Shown here piece by piece: positions 12,359 through 25,810 of a stretch of 64,000 nucleotides of DNA. How positions within the stretch are numbered: the first letter of the stretch is position 1; every line of letters starts with the position of its first letter. The stretch comes from Octopus sinensis (taxonomy: Eukaryota). Made by a program: the position numbers and the translations under genes. Below the pieces are notes generated by a model. It made no database searches and was not told where the DNA came from. It saw only the letters and a program-made list of their open reading frames with translations. The stretch spans positions 89,466,001-89,530,000 of the forward strand of contig NC_043004.1 of the NCBI RefSeq assembly GCF_006345805.1, written 5' to 3'.

Positions 12359-15300
12359 CGACAGGCTTCTTTCAGTTTCCGTCTACCAAATCCACTCACA
12401 AGGCTTCGGTCTCCCCGAGGCTATAGTAGAAGACACTTGCCCAAGGTGCCATGCTGTGGGACTGAACCTGGAACCATGTGGTTGGTAGGTAGGTTATATA
12501 CCACCACATATGTTCAAAATCAAACATGTTTAGAATGTAAGAAAATGTTTGACACAACATACATACCTTTCTTAAGTATGTTGGTTTCAAATTTTGGCAC
12601 ATGGCCAGTAATTTCAGGGGAAGTGGGGGCGGGTCAATTTCATCAACCCCTGTGCTCAACTGCTACTTATGACCCTGAAAAGAAGCAAGGCAAAGTCAAC
12701 CTCAGTGGGTTTTGAACCCAGAACATAAAGACACAAAATGCTGCTAAGCATTTTGCCTGGAGTGCCAATGGTTTAGCCACCTTGCCTTACCTTTCCCATG
12801 TATATTACTGAGAGAGGTGATTGAGCTGAGTACAACAGTCCTAGCTATTTCTGCTTATGCTTTTGATATCAAGCAAAATTTTTACAGCTGCAAAACAGAT
12901 AAATCTGAGATAAGACTATAAAGCAGAAGTGTCGATAAGGTTTTAATCACAAACGAAGCAAATCTTGAGTAATGGTCATATTGTCCAGAAGATAAATAAG
13001 AGCAAATAATACCAAATGGAGACAAATTTTAGTTTATTCAATACATCTTACATATATTTCATTAACAATGTTATATAGGGAAAAACCTTATAAACAGAGA
13101 ATATCAGTAAATCTTCAGAGATAGCATAACAAATACTTTTTTTTTCATCGAAGTGTTTTTCTTTTTATCCAATATTCTATGTGCTATTGTTTATAGCTTT
13201 ATCTACTTTGAATTCCACTATTACAAATTATTCATTTCATATTTCTCAAAATTTCTAAAATTCATATGATGTAAACAACAATTTTTGCTGGTAAGAACAA
13301 AGCTTCTAAAAGTGGACAAAGAAAATTTGAAACATTGTTTTGGTATAATAGTAGCAAGTCTCCCATGTCCTCAGAAAATGTGGATTCAAATCCCACAGGC
13401 AGCCATTGCTCTGCTTCCATCCAAGAGGTTTTTTTAAATCAATATTCTACATGCTATTATAGCTTTGAGTTCAACTATTAAAATGATTTATTTCATGTTT
13501 CTTGAACTTTCTAAAATTCTTATGGTGTAAATATTTCAAATATTTATTTCAAAATAAAAAACTACAATTTGACATCACTTCATACAGACAATTACAAACA
13601 TACTTACACAATTGATAGGATACTCATAACAAGCATTTGCCAGCTCAGAGATTTAAGAGAAAACAAACACCAATAGTGCTCTTTTACTTGTTTCAGTCAT
13701 TTGACTGTGGCCATGCTGGAGCACCGCCTTTAGTTGAGCAAATTGACCCCAGGACTTATTCTTTGTAAGCCTAGTACTTATTCTATCGATCTCTTTTGCT
13801 GAACCGCTAAGTTTCGGGGTCATAAACACACCAGCATCGGTTGTCAAGCGATGTTGGGGGTGGTGGTGTCAAACACAGACACACATACATATGTATATAT
13901 ATGATAGGCTTCTTTCAGTTTCCGTCTACCAAATCCACTCAAGGCTTTGGTTGGCCCAAGGCTATAGTAGAAGACACTTGCCTAAGGTGCTACGCAGTGG
14001 GACTGAACCCAGAACCATGTGGTTCATAAGTAAGCTACTTACCACACAGCCACTCCTACGCCTATTCAATAATTTTTAATTCTAAAAAGGAGAATTGGTC
14101 AAAATGATTACGAGAACAGCAGTGAGAATAACACATCAGTATTTCTAATTTCTATGAAAGGCCCAGGTAACAGGAAAATAAATTATTTATTTCAATTGAA
14201 TGATGGCCTATGCAACATTCAGTTTGTCCTAACATGGGTGTGACTGACATCAAAGGATAACTTTCTCAAAAGCCAACAAATAAGGGTTGCAAGTCCAATG
14301 AGAAAATCTAGCAAGGACAACCAGCAGTTTCTGCCCAATTGATTATCATCAAGCCATTTTTTATTTCGAAGAACTGCTTCACTCTTCTGAAAATCCTCTT
14401 TTTGGTGCACACTGTATAGTACTCTCTCCTGTCAAGTCTGAAGAATTCACCTGCAAATGTTGTTTTCAAAGACATTGACTGGCAGCAAGGGAAACATCAC
14501 ATAAGGTTCAATAGTCTTATTTTTTATTTGTTTATTGCCCACAAGGGGCTAAACATAGAGGGGACAAACAGACAAAGGGGTTAAGTCAATTAAATCGACC
14601 CCAGGGTGTAACTGGTACTTAATTTATCGACCCCGAAAAGATGAAAGGTAAAGTCGACCTCGGCGGAATTTGAACTCAGAACATAACAGCAGATGAAATA
14701 CCGCTAAGCATTTCGCCTGGTGTGTTAACGTTTCTGCCAGCTCGCCGCCTTTTCAATAGTCTTGGCTTCAATAGTCAACAGTCAAGGTTCAATAGTCTTG
14801 GCTTCCATACAACATCCATCATGACATTGCCATCAGCCATTCATTTGTTCACAAGGTTCTTCATAACATATCCAAGCCTAATATAGACTGCAACTATGAG
14901 ACAGCACAGGCTTTATGGGTTAATGATGACTTCATTGTCTTTGTGAAAGCAGCCAATCAACAGAACTGGGACATCATCAAATATAATTCCACCAGCACAA
15001 GGACCACTCACCCCTCGACCAACAACACTGTCTTATCTACCTGTAGATTACCTGGTAGCCAAAGTGCAGTTCCTAACACCTTTCTTGATGATGAGTGCAC
15101 GTGCATCAAAGTTGCTCTTAGTGTGTGAGTTACTGGACAGGAAGGAGAGCAGCAGCAACAGCAAGTGGAGGCGCAATGGCCCAATGGTTAGGGCAGCGGA
15201 CTTGCAGTCAGAGGATCACGGTTTTGTTTCCCATACAGGTCGTTGTGTGTGTTTATTGAGCGAAAACACCTAAAGCTCCCCAAGGCTCTGGCAGGGGGTG

Positions 15301-15956
15301 GTGGCGACTCCTGTTGTATTATTTCGCTCCAACTTTCTTCCTGTTTCTTGTCCCTGACTTCCTACGCAACCGCTGAGCCTGGATGCGCATTCATCCATCC
15401 GTTGATGCTCTCGGTGTTGGGGGTTGACCTGCTTTCTCTTCTGCGGATCTTATGAATAGCAAAGGACCACGTTGCGGACTTCTCCCAATGGGACGAAGAC
15501 CGCTTTGCTCAACAAACAAACAAGCAGCAACAGCAAGCTCAGGGCTACTAATGACAGCTTTGGCACTGCCGTGCTACTGGAAAAGCACTAATCGACGTGC
15601 TGGTTAACAGGCTGGAGTCTCAACTGTTGAGTTCAGAATGCATCTACTTTTTTTTCTGTGTGGAATGTCTCCTTCCCCACATTGTGTCGAACGATATCAT
15701 TAAAAAGTACCTTCAAGCCACAAGTTTCCCAGTGCAACTGGAGACAACACTTTACCTATCCAGGGAATAACACATTTTATCACTGCTTGATTTGACATTG
15801 ACTTATTTGACATCAGACTTTCTACTGCTTCTTTTATTCTCTCCCTTCCTCTCTCTCTCTCTGTGAATCTATTTCTCTTTATGTGTATGAGGAGAGGGAA
15901 AGTGCTCATGCCAATCATGTTCAGTTAATAAATTGTGATGTCTCTATCTCACTCAC

Positions 15957-17068
15957 TTTACCTCTAAGTGTATGTTTCTTATTTCTTTATTGCCTACAAG
16001 GGGCTAAACATAGAGGGGACAAACAAGGACAGACAAAGGGATTAAGTTGATTACATCAACCCCAGTGCGTAACTGGTGCTTAATTTATTAACCCTGAAAG
16101 GATGAAAGACAAAGTCGACCTCGGCGTAATTTGAACTCAGAACGTAACATCATCATCATCGTTTAGCGTCCGCTTTCCATGCTAGCATGGGTTGGACGGG
16201 TCAACTGGAGTCTGTGAAGCTGGAAGGCTTCGTCAGGCCCAGTCAGATCTGGCAGTGTTTCTACGGCTGGATGCCCTTCCTAACGCCAACCACTCCGCGA
16301 GTGTAGTGGGTGTTTTTTACGTGCCACCTGCACAGGTGCCAGACAGAGCTGGCGAACGGCCACGAACGGATGGTGCTTTTATGTGTCACCGGCACAGGGC
16401 CAGGCGATGCTGGCAACGGACACGAACGGATGGTGCTTTTACGTGCCACCGACACGGGGCCAGACAGAGCTGGCAACCGGCCACGAACGGACAGTGCTTT
16501 TACGTGTCACCGGCACGGGGGCCAGCCGAGGCTGGCAACAGACACGAACGGATGGTGCTTTTACGTGCCACTGACACGGTTGCCAGACAGAGCTGGCAAA
16601 CGGTCACGAGTGGACGGTGCTTTTACGTGTCACCGGCATGGGGGCCAGCCGAGGCTGGCAACGGACACGAACGGATGGTGCTTTTACGTGCCACCGACAC
16701 GAGGCCAGACAGAGCTGGCAAACGGCCACGAACGGATGGTGCTTTTACGTGCCACCGACACGGGGCCAGACAGAGCTGGCAAACGGCCACGAACGGACGG
16801 TGCTTTTACGTGTCACCGGCACGGGGCCAGGCGAGGCTGGCAACGAACATGAACGGATGGTGCTTTTACGTGCCACCGACACGGGGCCAGGCAGAGCTGG
16901 CAAACGGCCACGAGCGAATGGTGCTTTTACGTATCACCGGCGCGGGTGCCAGACGAGGCTGACAGCGGACACGAACGGATGGGTCACTTAGCAGACAAAA
17001 TACCACTAAGCATTTTGCCTGGCATGCTAACGTTTTTGCCAGCTCTCCACCTTTACCTCTAAGTGTAT
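15957..17068 (-). mobile_element. tRNA-derived SINE with 17-bp target-site duplication, interrupted by a second SINE
   Basis: TSD tttacctctaagtgtat at 15957-15973 and 17052-17068. Intact homologues of the host SINE lie at about 14520-14752 and 20297-20530. Confidence 0.85.
16300..16985. repeat. Minisatellite of 11 units of about 60-62 bp inside a SINE
   Basis: The anchor gtgcttttacgtg recurs every 60-62 bp. Two unit types occur in the order A B A B A B A A B A B. Confidence 0.92.
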
Positions 17069-17419
17069 ATTTCTGTATGCACTTGCATGTGTATGTTTGT
17101 GTGTGTCCTCCTAGTGCCAAAAAATACTGTCGCCAAAATCAGGCTGAATACCCATACTGAGGAATGGAAGATGACAGCACAGATTCCTTTCCATGATGCT
17201 TATTGTTGAGTCAGTTGGAATATTCCCTCAGTATCTGGATTACAGCTTATATCTTTTAAATTAGGACAAAGGCATGAAACCTGAGAAAGAGTCTCAGGAG
17301 GTAGAATATCTCATACAGGTATACTGGGGGGTACTCTTCAAGACAGGTGCTTTTACCATCTTGTATGTAGAGGGGATATGTTATTCAACAAAGGGTATGG
17401 AGTTTGTTTTGACGAAGTG

Positions 17420-17660
17420 TGCAAGACAGATAACTGCACTGGTATGTCCATGTGATGCGTGTGAATGAAAACAATTGCATCAAGAGGTACCATCCCTAAT
17501 TGTAGAAGAAACATGTGGAAGGGGTAGGCCCAGGAAGAAGTGGGACAAAATGGTGAGAAAGGATCTACAGACATTGGGACTCACAGTGGGGATGACAGGG
17601 AACCAAAACTCCTGGCGGTTTGCTGTGTTTGAAAAGACATGTCAGGCTAAGTAAAAGCAT
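17420..17660 (+). mobile_element. RTE-type LINE 3' fragment
   Basis: LHWYVHVMR...CGRGRPRKKWDKMVRKDLQTLGL...WRFAV, with stops. Confidence 0.75.
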
Positions 17661-19138
17661 GGTTGCCCTTGCATACAGGCTCATCCCCTGCAACCCTCTT
17701 CAGCTGAACATCCCTAATCTTGTGGGCTTGTAGGTGCTGTTGCCTTGTAAAAAGCACCCATGCTGGTGCTGCACAAAAGCACCCAGTACTCTCTGTAAAG
17801 TGGTTGGCATTAGGAAGGGCATTCAGCTGTAGAAACCATGCCAAAACAGACATGGAGCCTGAACAGCCTTTCAGCTGGTCAGCTACTGTCAAACCATCCA
17901 ACCCATGCCAGCATGAAAAACAGCTGTTACATGATGATATGTATTTAAGAGAAATATATGTGACTCATACACAAAATAACAAAACAGTTTATATAATGGC
18001 ATGACATGTATACAAAAAAATGAAAAGAAAAAAAAAGATTTTATTCAAAATCTTAAAACAATGAAATAAAACAAAGAATAGAAAAGTAATTTTTAAAATT
18101 TCCAGGGAGATGTTTTTCTTCATCTGACACAAAAACTTTTCATTTAACTGTTTAATATTCACATTATTTTGCCAAATGTAATGCTTATTTATTCATTTTG
18201 TTTTGAATTAATCAGGGACTGTCTTGTAGTTTTGAGATTTCCATAATGTAACTGTTTATTTAAGAATGACATTGTAGGGCTGGTGTGAGAGGTCAGATCT
18301 GGCCAGTTTGAACATAATATGTAGAACATTTGGGCCAGGTATGGCCAAAATGCTAAAGAGTTAAAAGAAAAAAAACAATAAGACAAGGTGATAATTAATC
18401 CCTCAAGTTATGCGAGGAAAATTTATTTTACATTTCACTAAAACATACATCTTTAAAAAACTTCTTCCATGTTTAATCTATGTGTAAAATGTCAAGCTTA
18501 TCTTTAAAAGTAAATAATAAAAAGTCTTAAAATAAATGTGTATTGGTAAAATAAAAGAGGAATGGCATAAAGAACTAAAAAAAAAAACCTAAAGCAGTCT
18601 ATTCATGTGAAAAATTATAGAGTTTACTACTGTTTAGCCATTATCATTCTTTGGTTAAGCTGATGAATTAGTTTCTTTCAGCTAAATTTAACTTAGCACA
18701 TTATTGTACCCATTGGTAAAATAAATTACAATCATGTAACAGAGTTGTTCTTTTCTCTTTTTAAAACTGAATATTTGATGTCAAGAATGGCAGACACTAT
18801 GCCGAAAAATTGCAAGTCCAAATTAGCATAACCATCTAATCCCTACAGTAAGCAAAAGAAAAAAAAAACTTTATTATTTAGCAAAATGGTCTGATAATTT
18901 TGAGATAAATCTAATTCAACAACAATTGATGTTGAAGATATACAGTTTCGCTATAAAGATCTAAGGAAGTAAAAAAAAATGAGATTTAAAAGATGGAGAG
19001 CTATTATTTGAAATTAAAATGAATTTTTATGTTGGCTTGATTGTGAAAACAGAAAAAAATATGCAGATATATAATCTTTATAATCACTGGTCATCACAAC
19101 CAAAATATGGCATCAGATATTTCCATGTAGAAGCAGGA

Positions 19139-19210
19139 CTACTGGCAGGTGTTGTAAGAACCACAGTCAGGACACTTCAGTCCTAAAAAGTGAAGGTCAA
19201 CAACATTTTG
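19139..19210 (-). CDS. RCHY1: RCHY1 exon 8 (last coding exon): QNVVDLHFLGLKCPDCGSYNTCQ*
   Basis: Acceptor tttatttttctttgtttcAG, phase 0, TAG stop at 19139-19141. Matches the Pirh2 C-terminal Zn-ribbon motif H-x-G-x-K-C-x2-C-x-SYNT. Confidence 0.95.
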   Translation of the reverse strand, partial: QNVVDLHFLGLKCPDCGSYNTCQ

Positions 19211-19250
19211 CTGAAACAAAGAAAAATAAATTAAAATGTGCCTATATATG

Positions 19251-19793
19251 ACGAGGTGCTGAAAAGTTCCTGGCTTTAAGGATATTGCAAAAGGCCTGGT
19301 CAGAAGCTAAACCTTCAGAGTTCTTTTACAGGGCTTAGGAAAACTGAAGGGCCATTGCCGTAAATGTGTGAATCTGAGAGGGGAATATCCTCCTTCCATG
19401 CTGGCATGGGTTGGACAGTTTGACGAGAGCTGACCAGGTAGAATATTGCACCATAATTCTGTGTCTGTTTTGGCATGGATTTTATGGCTGGATGCCCTTC
19501 CTGACACCAATCACTTGACGGAGTGGACTGAGTGCTTTTTACGTGGCACCAGCACAATTGAGGTCAGCTTTGGCATGGTTTTCACAGCTGGATGCTCTTC
19601 CAAATGCCAACAATTTTACAGTGTGGACTGGATGCTTTTCACATGGCACCAAGTAACTTGCAAGACAAGGAATCTTTGAGAGGAGAGAGGGCATTGGAGG
19701 AAGTGATCTTGTGTCAGATGATGAAAAGTTAGAGTGTAACAGACAGACAGAAACAGAAGTTTTGCTGTAGAGAAAGCACATGGAGAGAGAGAA

Positions 19794-19872
<79 letters not shown>

Positions 19873-20001
19873 AAAGAGAGAGAGAGAAAGAGAGAGAGAG
19901 AGAAGAGAGAGAGAGAGAAAGAGAGAGAAGAGAGAGAGAGAGAGAAAGAGAGTTGATCCTCCTGTATTTTCTATTACCAAAAGCCAGGAACTTTTCAGTA
20001 C
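19251..20001. mobile_element. Mariner-like MITE with nested SINE pieces and a (GA)n tract
   Basis: Inverted termini gtgctgaaaagttcctggcttt (about 19255-19276) and aaagccaggaacttttcagtac (19980-20001) in TA context. Confidence 0.7.
19782..19952. repeat. (GA)n/(GAAA) microsatellite
   Basis: About 170 bp of pure purine repeat. Confidence 0.95.
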
Positions 20002-22007
20002 ATAATATCAAAATACATACAGATTATTAAGTTGTATTTCAAGAGGCTTATTTGCCAATTATAAACACAAGATACAACAGTATCTGTTGCAAACACACGA
20101 GTTTACATCAAGAATCTTGCAAACCAAATACAGAAACGAAACATATAGATAAATGTTAAACAGAAAACCAGAGAAATAAAGATCTTTGGAGTATAAGAGT
20201 TGTTTCGCCACAGGCAAGGCCTGATCACGAATGTTTATAATCAAAAGTATTCCAACCCATAGCCATCTTGTCATTTTGAATATCACAAACTATATTTATT
20301 TCTTTATTGCCTACAGAGGGCTAAACATAGAGGGGACAAACAAGGACAGACAAAGGGATTAAGTTGATTACATCGATCCCAATGCGTAACTGGAACTTAT
20401 TTAATCGACCCCGAAAGGATGAAAGGCAAAGTTGACCTTGGTGGAATTTGAACTTAGAACGTAATGGCAGACAAAATATCACTAATCATTTCGCCCAGTG
20501 TGCTAACGATTCTGCTAGCTTGCCACCTTTCATGAACTAAATTGTCTCTATATATCCATCCTTTCCTTTAAAAACTGTAGAGTTTAATTTGAGGGCGACT
20601 CAGCTGCTACCTTCATGCCTGGCTCTCTCTGTTGGTTATGACAAGTGTTCCTGTCAATACAATCAACCGAACAGCCTGTGCGTGAAATTAACGTGCAAGT
20701 GGCTGAGCACTCCACAGACATGTGCACCCTCTTAGGGAGATTCAGTACGACACAGAATGCAACAAGGCTGGCTCTTTGAATTACAGGTACAACTCATTTT
20801 TGCCAGCTGAAGAGACTGAAGCAACGTGAAATAAAGTGTCTTGCTCAAGAACACAGTGCGCCAGTAGGAATCGAACTCACAACCTTACAGTTATGAGCTG
20901 AATACCCTAACCACTAAGCCATATGTCTACACTGCTGCCTTCAACAGATTAAGTGACTGCATAAAGGATCCCTTCTGAACTAGGGTCGTTAGGCTCTGTC
21001 TGTCTGTCTGTCTCTATCTGTTAGAGACAAGTGAGCACTTATGACTGATGAGGATGTTTCTGATCAAGCGGCCAGTTCACCGTGTGCAGTCTATAATAAG
21101 TGTATTTGATCATAAGGGTTACATGAGAAACTTCCAGAAGGCTTTCCCAGTACTATTTGCAATAACTCACTGAAGTGCTTTTAGTAATACAGTTGGCCAG
21201 CAGGTGGTAGATAAATATAACAGCATCAGCATAAAGTAGAAGACAATCAAATAATGATTATGTTCCATTAATGTCAGAAAATTTTATCTTAATGGCTAAA
21301 TCAAATGAAGGAGGGTCACATCATCATCATCATCGTTTAACGTCCGTTTTCCGTGCTAGCACGGGTTGGACGGTTGAACCGGGATCTGGGAAGCCAGGAG
21401 GCTGCACCAGGCTCCAGTCTGATCTGGCAGTGTTTCTGCAGCTGGATGTCCTTCCTAACGCCAACCACTCCGTGAGTGTAGTGGGTGCTTTTTACATGCC
21501 ACCGGCACATATATGACCTTATTTCACAGGAGCTCTGAGGCCGAGAGAACATAGTTAAACTTGGACTGGGAATCTGGCTTCTATGTTGTAATTGTGTAGA
21601 CTCTGCTAAAGGCACTTAAGGGCCAGGTGGTCATGGCAAACCAGATAATTGATTAGGTTTACTGATGGAAGGTGCAAAGTGACATGGCAAAAGTTAGCAG
21701 AGATTCGTTGAGCAGTGGTATATTTATGATTCTACTTATGTACTTGATGATTTCCCTAGCTGCTGGTGCCATGTACAAAGCACCCAGTACACTTTGTGAA
21801 ATCATTGGTGTTAGGAAAGGCATCCAAATGTAGAAAACAAACCAAAGCAGACATTGGAACTTGATGTAGACTTCTGGTTTGTCAGTTTCTGTCAAACTGT
21901 CCAAACCAAGACTGGAATTTTTCAAGGAGGTGCCCCAACATGGCCACAATATAATGACTGAAACACTCAACAGATAAAAGATAACAAACAAGTGACTGCA
22001 GTATTAC

Positions 22008-22152
22008 CTTATGACAATCACGGCAAAGAATATTTGTTTTGATCTCTTTATAATCCTGAGGCATTTCAGTTTGTTTGACTTCTTCATCTTTCAATTTCCA
22101 GATTGGAGTCATGTTCGTCATTGATGTACCACAGATAGGACATGCAAAATGG
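22008..22152 (-). CDS. RCHY1: RCHY1 exon 7: HFACPICGTSMTNMTPIWKLKDEEVKQTEMPQDYKEIKTNILCRDCHK
   Basis: 145 nt, ttttttccAG...AAG|GTaata. Contains the last RING CxxC and the MP-x2-Y...ILC-x-DC motif. Phase 2 in, phase 0 out. Confidence 0.96.
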
Positions 22153-22401
22153 CTGGAAAAAAAAAAAAGAAAAAGAAGTTTCACAAAACGTTTGAGCATC
22201 ATTATTGTTTTAATATCCACTTTTCCATGCCTGCATGACTCAGACAGAGTTTACTGAGGCAGATTTTCTATGGTCGGATAAACTGCCTGTTGTCAACCCA
22301 CACTGGTTTCCAAGCAGGGTAATATTTTCCCATAACCAGACATACCTTTCACAGAAGACGACTGGAAACAAACAACATCACTAGTTTGAGAGTGACACTT
22401 T

Positions 22402-22434
<33 letters not shown>

Positions 22435-24248
22435 TATATATATATATATATATATCATCATCATCATCGTCGTCGTCGTCGTTTAACGTCCGCTTTCCAT
22501 GCTAGCATGGGTTGGACGGTTCAACTGGGGTCTGGCAAGCCCGAAGGCTGCACCAGGCCAGTCAGATCTGGCAGTGTTTCTACAGCTGGATGCCCTTCCT
22601 AACGCCAACCACTTTCTGAGTGTAGTGGGTGATTTTATGTGCCACCGACACAGGTGCCAGACGAGGCTGGCAGACGGCCACGCTCGGATGGTGTTTTCTT
22701 ATGTGCCACCGACACAGGTGCCAGACGAGGCTGGCGAACGGCCGAGGCTGGCGAACGGCCAGTGATATATATATATATATAGCAAGAAGTAAACACTGAA
22801 CTTCATGACAAAAATGACACAGGCTGATAAAAGTGGCCAAAAATGCTAAGCTGAAGGGTGCTCACCCAATCCATGCAAACACAGAAAAAAAGGAAGTAAA
22901 AATAGAGATAGTTCAGGATGTTTAATATTCATTTGGGTCCCTTTGGTCCCTTTACCCAATATGATCATGTTAACTCTCCCTGCCATGAGGTATCTTTGCT
23001 TACTGTCTTTTGCCCTTTTTTCTCTTCATTACTTTCTCCACTGAAACCAACTCCCTCTCTTATCACTGTCATAACTCCTACCATTCATCGACATCCATCA
23101 CACACTCCTATCTCCTTCTCTATCACACTCTCTCACCTGTCCTTCTGTCTCTCTACCATTAGCCTCTGATTCTCTTACCCCCGACTCCAACTCCTTGACT
23201 ATTTGGACTCAGTGGACACTGAGTTAGCCTGGACTGCAACATGTTAAGTTCACCCATACTCACTTTGCCTAAACGTCCTACCTGGTGCTATGGAGATGGC
23301 ACCAACCTGGACACCCCTGACAATCACACACCAGTTTGCCATTACATCTTCAGCAAGAGCTGAAGCAATATAGAAGTGACATCCATGACCCTAGTGGACA
23401 GCTCCTTGAGCAATTACCTGGTCATTTACTACTTCAATTCAGCATGAACTCTACCTTGCGTAGATTTGAACCAGCAGTGTAATAGCATATTCACTCAGTC
23501 ATTCTATCCTGGCATCACATTGAAGCATACACATTATAGACTACATTCAAGAAATTGTTGCTGTTAAGCAATCAATCTGGCTGTGATTTACTTACTTTGT
23601 TTACCATTACTGTGATAGCCTTTACTCTGAACTTCAGAATTGGCCATCCTCTCTGCAAGAAGTAACAGCCAAATTCCCCTCAAACAAACCTTTATCATTT
23701 AAAAAAATGCAAGGACACATTGGATAATGTAGCCCTGAATACACATTGTCCAACATCAAGAAGAGCATCCAGGCATAGGTCTTAAGCTGATAGTGGAGTG
23801 CTCAACCATATGCAGAGTGTTCCACTGATTGCATCAATTGGAACATTCATTGCTGTAGCTAGTGGAGTCCCCAGCTTTTGATGCATGCTGAGCATAGTCA
23901 ACTTCTCAGATGGCAGAGTTCTGTCTTCTTTTTTACTAATTAATATTTTGCTAGCTTTAATTTGAGGCCCGTTACATCCGTGTTTTACTTCCAAACTCAA
24001 TATTTCTTCTCTTAATCTTTCATAGATTTAGTTATGAAAACTAGGTCTAAGTATTCAAGACCTCTACACATACAGGCTATAAGTCTAAAACTCCTGTTAG
24101 GGCCAAGAGGACTATAATAAAAACAATACATAGAAATAGCAAACATGTTACTTGACCAAGTATTAGTTAAACAGAATGCTGCAAAATTGTTTCAACACAA
24201 CCACAAAATAGAAAAGTAAAGCAAAATATAAATAAAACAAATACATAC

Positions 24249-24278
24249 CCATATTGAAAAAGTTTTTTAAAACACTCC
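24249..24278 (-). CDS. RCHY1: RCHY1 exon 6, a 30-nt microexon: (E)ECFKKLFQY(G)
   Basis: tttttctttttttctttcatAG|G GAG TGT TTT AAA AAA CTT TTT CAA TAT GG|GTatgt. Supplies the RING-H2 Cys of H-x2-C and joins exons 5 and 7 in phase. Confidence 0.92.
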
Positions 24279-25519
24279 CTATGAAAGAAAAAAAGAAAAA
24301 TTATATAGATAAATTGTTTATGAATTAGAGAATAACTGTATTTTTCAATATTTTGTTAACATATAGAATTTATAAACACTTTATAATAGTTGCAGCGTGG
24401 AAGGTGTTTATAAGCCATTTAAAAAACACACAAAAACTGTTAGATTCACTTCAAAGCGATGAAAATATTTTGACAAATTAAATTTAAATGTTGAAGTGAA
24501 TTCAATGGTTTTTGTGTGTTTTTAAATGGCTTATAATTGTTTTTGTTTCAGCACACGATCTCAGATCAGGTCACTTGCTATGCAAGTACATCTCCATAAT
24601 TATAATAGTTGATGGTAGGAATACAAACCCATGATGCAAGGGAATTAAAAGATAGTGAAAAGATGCACAGCAAAATCCAATTCATCATCACCATTATTTT
24701 AAATTCCACTTTTCCATGCTTGCATGGCTCAACCACTGTTTACTGAAGCAGATTTTTTACAGCCAGATGCACTTCCTTTTACTAATCCTCACCTGTTTTC
24801 ATGTAAGGTAATATTTCCCTATTGCTAGACATCTCACAGAATACTGGAAATGAATGACCCAGCTTGTATGACAGTGATGCTCATTTACAACGATCACTTG
24901 ATGTTACGACAAGGAAACACAAATGTACACTCACACACACACATGGCCAAAAGTCATGCACCAAAACATCTGACATTTTATTTATATTACATTATTATTA
25001 TTACTGAGTGAGAGAGCAGTGCATGCCATCAAAGTGACACTGCAATAAAACATACGAAACCCAGTATACCCATCTGATAAGAGTACACCAGCACATCCCT
25101 GGTGTACCATAAGTGCACGACATGGTGATCTCATATCAAGATAAACAGAGCATGACCTTGCAAGTGGGGCCCAGTTAGAATTTTCTTCAGGTTGAGTAGT
25201 CCATCCTGGTACTGTCATCAGTCACATCAGCGATTTTGATTTGTTTACACTTGTCTCAATAGGTCTTTGCAAGCAAAGTTCATTGTCCAATGACTGAGGG
25301 GTACTCATAAGTGGGCTGGTTACACCCCATGTTCAGATGTGCTTTTAACGTTCCACTGGCACGAGTGCCAATCAGGCGGAACTGTCATCAGCCACGTCAG
25401 CAATTTTGATTTCATTTGCCTCAATAGGTCTTCACAAGCAAAGTTTATTGTCCAATGAATGAGGGATATACATAAATGGGCTGGTTACACCCACTGGCAT
25501 AGGCCATGGACTTGTCTCA

Positions 25520-25810
25520 ACCGCAGCACATCTGCAAAGGTCTCGGTCGCTAGTCATTGCCTCGGTAAGTCCCAATGTTCAAAGGTCATGCTTTACCACC
25601 TCATCCCAGGTTTTCCTGGGTCTACCTCTTCCACAGGTTCTCTCAACTGCTAGGGTGTGACACTTTTTTCACACAGCTATTCTCATTCATTTGCAACACA
25701 TGACCATACCAGCACAGTCGTCTCTCTAGCACACCACATTTGATGCTTCTTAAATCCAACTTTTCTCTCAGGGTGCTTATACTCGGTCACATATGCACAC
25801 TAACATTACA
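25520..25810 (-). mobile_element. RTE-type LINE 3' fragment
   Basis: Nucleotide homologue of the 9225 and 35866 fragments (ctggtatggtcatgtg...ggtagacccaggaaaacctgggatgaggtgg). Confidence 0.7.

Noticed and set aside
13160-13540. Diverged direct repeat of about 110 bp (13160-13290 versus 13440-13535)
   Set aside because: Old AT-rich local duplication with no coding or structural signal.
14219-15130. Moderately GC-rich, coding-looking stretches
   Set aside because: No consistent frame, splice-site pair or recognisable motif. Possibly very old transposon debris.
16192-16991. 256-aa, 180-aa and 124-aa repetitive ORFs; superficially CRISPR-like periodicity
   Set aside because: They are translations of a SINE-internal minisatellite. 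Units are wholly repeated with no unique spacers, and there are no cas genes.
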